Assembly (NCBI GenBank): GCA_043228905.1
Contig: JBHGNT010000085.1
Location: 32,580 to 96,579 of the forward strand
Source of the DNA: Azolla caroliniana
Taxonomy: Eukaryota; Plantae; Polypodiophyta
Direction: 5' to 3'
DNA: 64,000 bases
A program made the translations under genes and the position numbers. The notes under the pieces were generated by a model that worked only from the letters and a program-made list of their open reading frames with translations, ran no database searches and was not told where the DNA came from. Within the stretch, counting starts at the first letter, position 1, and each line of letters opens with the position of its first letter. Positions 54,001 through 64,000 of the stretch are shown here, in pieces.

Positions 54001-55665
54001 ATGAGGAGGGAGTTGAGAGGAGCCCTTGAGTAAATTAAAATGTTCATACCTGGCTCGTGTAATATCGGATTTTTGTGTTCAAACATGCGAATCGAAGATA
54101 ACAACGCTAGCTATGATATGGAATTAAAAAATCAAGATTTTCAAACTCAGGTCGAGAGACATGACGAAATTACCAAATTTGAGGAGTGAGTTGAGAAGAG
54201 CTAGGAGGTAAATTAAAATGTTCATACCTGGCTCGTGTGATATCGAATTTTTGTGTTCAAACATGCGAATCGAAGCTAACAACGCTAGCTATGATATGGA
54301 ATTAAAAATTAAGATTTTGAAACTCAGGTCGAGAGACATGACGAAATTACCAAATTTGAGGAGTGAGTTGAGAGGAGCCCTTGAGTAAATGAAAATGTTC
54401 ATACCTGGCTCGTGTAATATCGGATTTTTGTGTTTAAACATGCGAATCGAAGCTAACAACGCTAGCTATGATATGGAATTAAAAAATCAAGATTTAGAAA
54501 CTCCGGTCGAGAGACATGACGAAATTACCAAATTTGAGTAGTGAGTTGAGAAGAGCCCTTGAGTAAATGAAAATGTTCATAGTTGGCTCGTGTAATATCG
54601 GATTTTTGTGTTCAAACATGCGAATCGAAGGTAACAACGCTAGCTATGATATGGAATTAAAAAATCAAGATTTTGAGACTCAGGTCGATAGACATGATGA
54701 AATTAGCAAACATGAGGAGGGAGTTGAGAGGAGCCCTTGAGTAAATTAAAATGTTCATACCGGGCTCGTGTGATATCGGATTTTTGTGTTCAAACATGCG
54801 AATCGAAGCTAACAACGCTAGTTATGATATGGAGTTAAAAAATCAAGATTTTGAAACTCAGATCGAGAGACATGACGAAATTACCAAATTTGAGGAGTTA
54901 GTTGAGAGGAGCCCTTGAGTAAATGAAAATGTTCATACCTGGCTCGTCTAATATCGGATTTTTGTGTTCAAACATGCGAATCGAAGCTAACAACGCTAGC
55001 TATGATATGGAATTAAAAATACAAGATTTTGAAACTCAGGTCGAGATACATGAAGAAATTACCAAATTTGAGGAGTGAGTTGAGAAGAGCTAGGAGGTAA
55101 ATTAAAATTTTCATACCTGGCTCGTGTGATATCTAATTTTTGTGTTCAAACATGCGAATCGAAGCTAACAACACTACCTATAATATGGAATTAAAAAATC
55201 AAGATTTTGAAACTCAGGTCGAGAGACATGACGAAATTACCAAATTGGAGGAGTGAGTTGAGAAGAGCTAGGAGGTAAATTAAAATGTTAATACCTGGCT
55301 CGTGTGATATCGAATTTTTGTGTTCAAACATGCGAATCGAAGCTAACAACGCTAGCTATGATATGGAATTAAAAAATCAAGATTTTGAAACTCAGGTCGA
55401 GAGATATGACGGAATTACCAAATTTGAGGAGTGACTTGAGAGGAGCCCTTGAGTAAATGAAAATGTTCATACCTGGCTCGTGTAATATCGGATTTTTGTG
55501 TTCAAACATGCGAATCGAAGCTAACAACGCTAGCTATGATATGGAATTAAAAAATCAAGATTTTGAAACTCAGGTCGAGAGACATGACGAAATTACCAAA
55601 TTTGAGGAGTGACTTGAGAGGAGCCCTTGAGTAAATGAAAATGTTCATACCTGGCTCGTGTAATA

Positions 55666-55755
55666 TCGGATTTTTGTGTTCAAACATGCGAATCGAAGCT
55701 AACAACGCTATCGGATTTTTGTGTTGGAAAATGCGAATCGAAGCTAACAACGTTA
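55666..55755. repeat. Out-of-register junction producing a 45-bp tandem repeat (truncated monomer fused to the right half of marker M)
   Basis: AACAACGCTA|TCGGATTTTTGTGTTGGAAAATGCG at 55710/55711. Confidence 0.88.
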
Positions 55756-58429
55756 GCTATTATATGGAATGAAAAAATCAAGATTTTGAAACTCAGGTCG
55801 AGAGACATGACGAAATTTCCAAATTTGAGGAGTGAGTTGAGAGGAGCCCTTGAGTAAATTAAAATGTTCATACCTGGCTCGTGTGATATCGGATTTTTGT
55901 GTTCAAACATGGCAATCGAAGCTAACAACGCTAGCTATGATATGGAATTAAAAAATCAAGATTTTGAAACTCAGATCAAGAGACATGAGGAAATTACCAA
56001 ATTTGAGGAGTGAGTTGAGAAGAGCTAGGAGGTAAATCAAAATGTTCATACCTGGCTCGTGTGATATCGAATTTTTGTGTTCAAACATGCGAATCGAAGA
56101 TAACAATGCTAGCTATAATATGGAATTAAAAAATCAAGATTTTGAAACTCAGGTCGAGAGACATGACGAAATTACCAAATTTGAGGAGTCAGTTGAGAGG
56201 AGCCCTTGAGTAAATGAAAATGTTCATACCTGGCTCGTGTGATATCGGATTTCTGTGTTCAAACATGCGAATCGAAGGTAACAACGCTAGCTATGATATG
56301 GAATTAAAAAATCAAGATTTTGAAACTCCGGTCGAGAGACATGACGAAATTTCCAAATTTGAGGAGTGAGTTGAGAGGAGCCCTTGAGTAAATTAAAATG
56401 TTCATACCTGGCTCGTATCATATCGGATTTTTGTGTTCAAACATGCGAATCAAAGATAACAACGCTAGCTATGATATGGAATTAAAAAATCAAGATTTTG
56501 AAACTCCGGTCGAGAGACATGACGAAATTTCCAAATTTGAGGAGTGAGTTGAGAGGAGCCCTTGAGTAACTTAAAATGTTCAAACCTGGCTCGTATCATA
56601 CCTGGCTCGTGTAATATCGGATTTTTGTGTTCAAACATGCGAATCGAAGGTAACAACGCTAGCTATGATATGGAATTAAAAAATCAAGATTTTGAGACTC
56701 AGGTCGATAGACATGACGAAATTAGCAAACATGAGGAGGGAGTTGAGAGGAGCTAGGAGGTAAATTAAAATGTTCATACCTGGCTCGTGTGATATCGAAT
56801 TCTTGTGTTCAAACATGCGAATCGAAGGTAACAATGCTAGCTATGGTATGGAATTAAAAAATCAAGATTTTGAAACTCCGGTCGAGAGACATGACGAAAT
56901 TACCAAATTTGAGGAGTCAGTTGAGAGGAGCCCTTGAGTAAATGAAAATGTTCATACCTGGCTCGTGTGATATCGGATTTCTGTGTTCAAACATGCGAAT
57001 CGAAGGTAACAACGCTAGCTATGATATGGAATTAAAAAATCAAGATTTTGAAACTCCGGTCGAGAGACATGACGAAATTTCCAAATTTGAGGAGTGAGTT
57101 GAGAGGAGCACTTGAGTAAATTAAAATGTTCCTACCTGGCTCGTATCATATCGGATTTTTGTGTTCAAACATGGGAATCGAAGCTAACAACGCTAGCTAT
57201 GATATGGAATTAAAAAATCAAGATTTTGAAACTCCGGTCGAGAGACATGACGAAATTTCCAAATTTGAGGAGTGAGTTGAGAGGAGCCCTTGAGTAAATT
57301 AAAATGTTCCTACCTGGCTCGTGTAATATCGGATTTTTGTGTTCAAACATGCGAATCGAAGGTAACAACGCTAGCTATGATATGGAATTAAAAAATCAAG
57401 ATTTTGAGACTCAGGTCGATAGACATGACGAAATTAGCAAACATGAGGAGGGAGTTGAGAGGAGCCCTTGAGTAAATGAAAATGTTCATAGCTGGGTCGT
57501 GTGATATCGGATTTTTATGTTCAAACATGCGAATCGAAGCTAACAACGCTAGCTATGATATAGAATTAAAAAATCAAGATTTGGAAACTCAGGTCGAGAG
57601 ACATGACGAAATTACCAAATTTGAGGAGTGAGTTGAGAAGAGCTAGGAGGTAAATTAAAATGTTCATACCTGGCTCGTGTGATATCGAATTCTTGTTTTC
57701 AAACATGCGAATCGAAGGTAACAATGCTAGCTATGGTATGGAATTAAAAAATCAAGATTTTGAAACTCCGGTCGAGAGACATGTCGAAATTTCCAAATTT
57801 GAGGAATGAGTTGAGAGGAGCCCTTGAGTAATTTAAAATGTTCCTACCTGGCTCGTATCATATCGGATTTTTGTGTTCAAACATGGGAATCGAAGCTAAC
57901 AACGCTAGCTATGATATGGAATTAAAAAATCAAGATTTTGAAACTCAGGTCGAGAGACATGACGAAATTACCAAATTTGAGGAGTGAGTTGAGAAGAGCC
58001 CTTGAGTAAATGAAAATGTTCATACCTGGCTCGTGTAATATCGGATTTTTGTGTTCAAACATGCGAATCGAAGCTAACAACGCTGGCTATAATATGGAAT
58101 TAAAAAATCAAGATTTTGAAACTCAGGTCGAGAGACATGACGAAATTTCCAAATTTGAGGAGTGAGTTGAGAGGAGCCCTTGAGTAAATTAAAATGTTCA
58201 TACCTGGCTCGTATCATATCGGATTTTTGTGTTCAAACATGCGAATCAAAGATAACAACGCTAGCTATGATATGGAATTAAAAAATCAAGATTTTGAAAC
58301 TCCGGTCGAGAGACATGACGAAATTTCCAAATTTGAGGAGTGAGTTGAGAGGAGCCCTTGAGTAACTTAAAATGTTCAAACCTGGCTCGTATCATACCTG
58401 GCTCGTGTAATATCGGATTTTTGTGTTCA

Positions 58430-59870
58430 AACATGCGAATCGAAGGTAACAACGCTAGCTATGATATGGAATTAAAAAATCAAGATTTTGAGACTCAGGT
58501 CGATAGACATGACGAAATTAGCAAACATGAGGAGGGAGTTGAGAGGAGCCAGGAGGTAAATTAAAATGTTCATACCTGGCTCGTGTGATATCGAATTCTT
58601 GTGTTCAAACATGCGAATCGAAGGTAACAATGCTAGCTATGGTATGGAATTAAAAAATCAAGATTTTGAAACTCCGGTCGAGAGACATGACGAAATTTCC
58701 AAATTTGAGGAGTGAGTTGAGAGGAGCCCTTGAGTAATTTAAAATGTTCATACCTGGCTCGTATCATATCGGATTTTTGTGTTCAAACATGGGAATCGAA
58801 GCTAACAACGCTAGCTATGATATGGAATTAAAAAATCAAGATTTTGAAAGTCAGATCAAAAGACATGACGAAATTACCAAATTTGAGGAGTGAGTTGAGA
58901 AGAGCTAGGAGGTAAATGAAAATGTTCATACCTGGCTCGTGTAATATCGGATTTTTGTGTTCAAACATGCGAATCGAAGCTAACAACGCTAGCTATGATA
59001 TGGAATTAAAAAATCAAGATTTTGAAACTCCGGTCGAGAGACATGACGAAATTACCAAATTTGAGGAGTGAGTTGAGAGGAGCCCATGAGTAAATTAAAA
59101 TGTTCATACCTGGCTCGTGTGATATCGGATTTTTGTGTTCAAACATGGCAATCGAAGCTAACAACGCTAGCTATGATATGGAATTAAAAAATCAAGATTT
59201 TGAAACTCAGATCAAGAGACATGAGGAAATTACCAAATTTGAGGAGTGAGTTGAGAAGAGCTAGGAGGTAAATCAAAATGTTCATACCTGGCTCGTGTGA
59301 TATCGAATTTTTGTGTTCAAACATGCGAATCGAAGGTAACAACGCTAGCTATGATATGGAATTAAAAAATCAAGATTTTGAGACTCAGGTCGATAGACAT
59401 GACGAAATTAGCAAACATGAGGAGGGAGTTGAGAGGAGCCAGGAGGTAAATTAAAATGTTCATACCTGGCTCGTGTGATATCGAATTCTTGTGTTCAAAC
59501 ATGCGAATCGAAGGTAACAATGCTAGCTATGGTATGGAATTAAAAAATCAAGATTTTGAAACTCCGGTCGAGAGACATGACGAAATTTCCAAATTTGAGG
59601 AGTGAGTTGAGAGGAGCCCTTGAGTAATTTAAAATGTTCATACCTGGCTCGTATCATATCGGATTTTTGTGTTCAAACATGGGAATCGAAGCTAACAACG
59701 CTAGCTATGATATGGAATTAAAAAATCAAGATTTTGAAAGTCAGATCAAAAGACATGACGAAATTACCAAATTTGAGGAGTGAGTTGAGAAGAGCTAGGA
59801 GGTAAATGAAAATGTTCATACCTGGCTCGTGTAATATCGGATTTTTGTGTTCAAACATGCGAATCGAAGC
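58430..59870. repeat. 5-mer (890 bp) tandem duplication
   Basis: Marker J at ~58490 and ~59380; AAAGTCAGATCAAAAG at ~58847 and ~59737. Confidence 0.75.
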
Positions 59871-60589
59871 TAACAATGCTAGCTATGGTATGGAATTAAA
59901 AAATCAAGATTTTGAAACTACGGTCGAGAGACATGACGAAATTTCCAAATTTGAGGAGTGAGCTGAGAGGAGCCCTTGAGTAATTTAAAATGTTCCTACC
60001 TGGCTCGTATCATATCGGATTTTTGTGTTCAAACATGGGAATCGAAGCTAACAACGCTAGCTATGATATGGAATTAAAAAATCAAGATTTTGAAACTCAG
60101 GTCGAGAGACATGACGAAATTACCAAATTTGAGGAGTGAGTTGAGAAGAGCCCTTGAGTAAATGAAAATGTTCATACCTGGCTCGTGTAATATCGGATTT
60201 TTGTGTTCAAACATGCGAATCGAAGCTAACAACGCTGGCTATAATATGGAATTAAAAAATCAAGATTTTGAAACTCAGGTCGAGAGACATGACGAAATTA
60301 CCAAATTTGAGGAGTCAGTTGAGAGGAGCCCTTGAGTAAATGAAAATGTTCATACCTGGCTCGTATCATATCGGATTTTTGTGTTCAAACATGCGAATCG
60401 AAGCTAACAACGCTAGCTATGATATGGAATTAAAAAATCAAGATTTTGAAACTCAGGTCGAGAAGACATGAAGAAATTACCAAATTTGAGGAGGGAGTTG
60501 AGAAGAGCTAGGAGGTAAATTAAAATGTTCATACCTGGCTCGTGTAATATCGGATTTTTGTGTTCAAACATGCGAATCGAAGCTAACAA

Positions 60590-63500
60590 CGCTAGCTATG
60601 ATATAGAATTAAAAAATCAAGATTTTGAAACTCAGGTCGAGAGACATGACGAAATTACCAAATTTGAGGAGTGACTTGAGAGGAGCCCTTGAGTAAATGA
60701 AAATGTTCATACCTGGCTCGTGTAATATCGGATTTTTATGTTCAAACATGCGAATCGAAGCTAACAACGCTAGCTATGATATGGAATTAAAAAATCAAGA
60801 TTTTGAAACTCCGGTCGAGAGACATGACGAAATTTCCAAATTTGAGGAGTGAGTTGAGAGGAGCCCTTGAGTAAATTAAAATGTTCATACCTGGCTCGTA
60901 TCATATCGGATTTTTGTGTTCAAACATGGGAATCGAAGCTAACAACACTAGCTATGATATGGAATTAAAAAATCAATATTTTGAAACTCAGATCAAGAGA
61001 CATGACGAAATTACCAAATTTGAGGAGTGAGTTGAGAAGAGCTAGGAGGTAAATTAAAATGTTCATACCTGGCTCGTGTGATATCGGATTTTTGTGTTCA
61101 AACATGCGAATCGAAGGTAACAACGCTAGCTATGATATGGAATTAAAAAATCAAGATTTTGAGACTCAGGTCGATAGACATGACGAAATTAGCAAACCTG
61201 AGGAGGGAGTTGAGAGGAGCCCTTGAGTAAATGAAAATGTTCATACCTGGCTCGTGTGATATCGGATTTTTGTGTTCAAACATGGCAATCGAAGCTAACA
61301 ACGCTAGCTATGATATAGAATTAAAAAATCAAGATTTGGAAACTCAGGTCGAGAGACATGACGAAATTACCAAATTTGAGGAGTGACTTGAGAGGAGCCC
61401 TTGAGTAAATGAAAATGTTCATACCTGGCTCGTGTAATATCGGATTTTTATGTTCAAACATGCGAATCGAAGCTAACAACGCTAGCTATGATATGGAATT
61501 AAAAAATCAAGATTTTGAAACTCCGGTCGAGAGACATGACGAAATTTCCAAATTTGAGGAGTGAGTTGAGAGGAGCCCTTGAGTAAATTAAAATGTTCAT
61601 ACCTGGCTCGTATCATATCGGATTTTTGTGTTCAAACATGGGAATCGAAGCTAACAACACTAGCTATGATATGGAATTAAAAAATCAATATTTTGAAACT
61701 CAGATCAAGAGACATGACGAAATTACCAAATTTGAGGAGTGAGTTGAGAAGAGCTAGGAGGTAAATTAAAATGTTCATACCTGGCTCGTGTGATATCGAA
61801 TTTTTGTGTTCAAACATGCGAATCGAAGATAACAACGCTAGCTATAATATGGAATTAAAAAATCAAGATTTTGAAACTGAGGTCGAGAGACATGACGAAA
61901 TTACCAAATTTGAGGAGTGAGTTGAGAAGAGCTAGGAGGTAAATTGAAATGTTCATACCTGGCTCGTGTGATATCGAATTTTTGTGTTCAAACATGCGAA
62001 TCGAGGATAACAACGCTAGCTATAATATGGAATTAAAAAATCAAGATTTTGAAACTCAGGTCGAAAGAAATGACGAAATTACCAAATTTGAGGAGTCAGT
62101 TGAGAGGAGCCCTTGAGTAAATGAAAATGTTCATACCTGGCTCGTGTGATATCGGATTTTTGTGTTCAAACATGCGAATCGAAGCTAACAACACTACCTA
62201 TGATATGGAATTAAAAAATCAAGATTTTGAAACTCAGGTCGAGAGACATGACGAAATTACCAAATTTGAGGAGTGACTTGAGAGGAGCCCTTGAGTAAAT
62301 GAAAATGTTCATACCTGGCTCGTGTAATATCGGATTTTTATGTTCAAACATGCGAATCGAAGCTACCAACGCTAGCTATGATATGGAATTAAAAAATCAA
62401 GATTTTGAAACTCCGGTCGAGAGACATGACGAAATTTCCAAATTTGAGGAGTGAGTTGAGAGGAGCCCTTGAGTAAATTAAAATGTTCATACCTGGCTCG
62501 TATCATATCGGATTTTTGTGTTCAAACATGGGAATCGAAGCTAACAACACTAGCTATGATATGGAATTAAAAAATCAATATTTTGAAACTCAGATCAAGA
62601 GACATGACGAAATTACCAAATTTGAGGAGTGAGTTGAGAAGAGCTAGGAGGTAAATTAAAATGTTCATACCTGGCTCGTGTGATATCGAATTTTTGTGTT
62701 CAAACATGCGAATCGAAGATAACAACGCTAGCTATAATATGGAATTAAAAAATCAAGATTTTGAAACTCAGGTCGAAAGACATGACGAAATTACCAAATT
62801 TGAGGAGTCAGTTGAGAGGAGCCCTTGAGTAAATGAAAATGTTCATACCTGGCTCGTGTGATATCGGATTTTTGTGTTCAAACATGCGAATCGAAGCTAA
62901 CAACACTACCTATGATATGGAATTAAAAAATCAAGATTTGGAAACTCAGGTCGAGAGACATGACGAAATTACCAAATTTGAGGAGTGAGTTGAGAAGAGC
63001 TAGGAGGTAAATTAAAATGTTCATACCTGGCTCGTGTGATATCGAATTCTTGTGTTCAAACATGCGAATCAAAGCTAACAACGCTAGCTATGATATGGAA
63101 TTAAAAAATCAAGATTTTGAAACTCCGGTCGAGAGACATGACGAAATTTCCAAATTTGAGGAGTGAGTTGAGAGGAGCCCTTGAGTAAATTAAAATGTTC
63201 ATACCTGGCTCGTATCATATCGGATTTTTGTGTTCAAACATGGGAATCGAAGCTAACAACGCTAGCTATGATATGGAATTAAAAAATCAAGATTTTGAAA
63301 CTCAGATCAAGAGACATGACGAAATTACCAAATTTGAGCAGTGACTTGAGAAGAGCTAGGAGGTAAATTAAAATGTTCATACCTGGCTCGTGTGATATCG
63401 GATTTTTGTGTTCAAACATACGAATCGAAGATAACAACGCTAGCTATAATATGGAATTAAAAAATCAAGATTTTGAAACTCAAGTCGAGAGACATGACGA

Positions 63501-64000
63501 AATTACCAAATTTGAGGAGTCAGTTGAGAGGAGCCCTTGAGTAAATGAAAATGTTCATACCTGGCTCGTGTAATATCGGATTTTTGTGTTCAAACATGCG
63601 AATCGAAGCTAACATCGCTGGCTATAATATGGAATTAAAAAATCAAGATTTTGAAACTCAGGTCGAGAGACATGACGAAATTACCAAATTTGAGGAGTGA
63701 CTTGAGAGGAGCCCTTGAGTAAATGAAAATGTTCATACCTGGCTCGTGTAATATCGGATTTTTATGTTCAAACATGCGAATCGAAGCTAACAACGCTAGC
63801 TATGATATGGAATTAAAAAATCAAGATTTTGAAACTCCGGTCGAGAGACATGACGAAATTTCCAAATTTGAGGAGTGAGTTGAGAGGAGCCCTTGAGTAA
63901 ATTAAAATGTTCATACCTGGCTCGTATCATATCGGATTTTTGTGTTCAAACATGGGAATCGAAGCTAACAACACTAGCTATGATATGGAATTAAAAAATC
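60590..64000. repeat. Variable short HOR (4-, 5- and 8-mer spacing)
   Basis: TTTTTATGTT followed one monomer later by GGGAATC...AACACTAG at ~60735, 61447, 62337, 63761 (spacings about 712, 890, 1424). Confidence 0.75.

Larger units (their letters stand above)
1..64000. repeat. Tandem satellite array, 178-bp monomer (~360 copies, single orientation), putative centromeric/pericentromeric satellite
   Basis: Motifs such as GTTCATACCTGGCTCG recur every 177-178 bp (31, 209, 387, ...) to the end of the window with no intervening unique sequence. The tandem structure is seen directly; a centromeric role is inferred from unit size and HOR organisation. Confidence 0.98.
43141..64000. repeat. More heterogeneous layer with marker J, short local HORs and structural-variant monomers
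   Basis: No full M copy occurs here. Marker J (GAGACTCAGGTCGATAGACATGACGAAATTAGCRAACATGAGGAGGGA) appears about 10 times from 47.36 kb on, alongside many private substitutions, 45-bp deletions and 16-bp insertions. Confidence 0.8.

Noticed and set aside
44766-58564. 63-82 aa ORFs on both strands in the right layer
   Set aside because: Each coincides with an indel monomer (45-bp deletion, 16-bp insertion, 55710 junction) that happens to bypass stops, and several overlap on opposite strands.
1-64000. CRISPR array or repeat-spacer system
   Set aside because: There are no unique spacers, the whole 178 bp repeats, and no cas genes or leader are present.
1-64000. Transposon insertion, telomeric repeat tract or inversion
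   Set aside because: No non-satellite segment, LTR/TIR, target-site duplication or reverse-orientation monomer was seen on reading through.

Overview
The whole 64 kb window is one uninterrupted, head-to-tail satellite DNA array of about 360 monomers, all in the same orientation. The monomer is 178 bp (a 177-bp variant is common) and about 37% GC by hand count. Consensus: GTTGAGAAGAGCCCTTGAGTAAATGAAAATGTTCATACCTGGCTCGTGTAATATCGGATTTTTGTGTTCAAACATGCGAATCGAAGCTAACAACGCTAGCTATGATATGGAATTAAAAAATCAAGATTTTGAAACTCAGGTCGAGAGACATGACGAAATTACCAAATTTGAGGAGTGA. The nucleosome-sized unit, high homogeneity and higher-order repeats (HORs) fit a eukaryotic, probably plant-type, centromeric or pericentromeric satellite. 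I cannot assign it to a named family or species. I found no credible genes, RNA genes, transposon insertions, inversions or CRISPR arrays, and the ORF track only reflects recurring monomer variants. The array has two layers. The left layer (1 to ~43.1 kb) is highly homogeneous and built from 4- to 28-mer HOR derivatives, punctuated by 20 copies of a divergent marker monomer. The right layer (~43.1-64 kb) is more heterogeneous, uses a different marker and holds all indels larger than 1 bp, each at a short microhomology. I cannot support a novel gene system here; the interest lies in satellite evolution. HOR boundaries are approximate (about one monomer) because they were read by eye.
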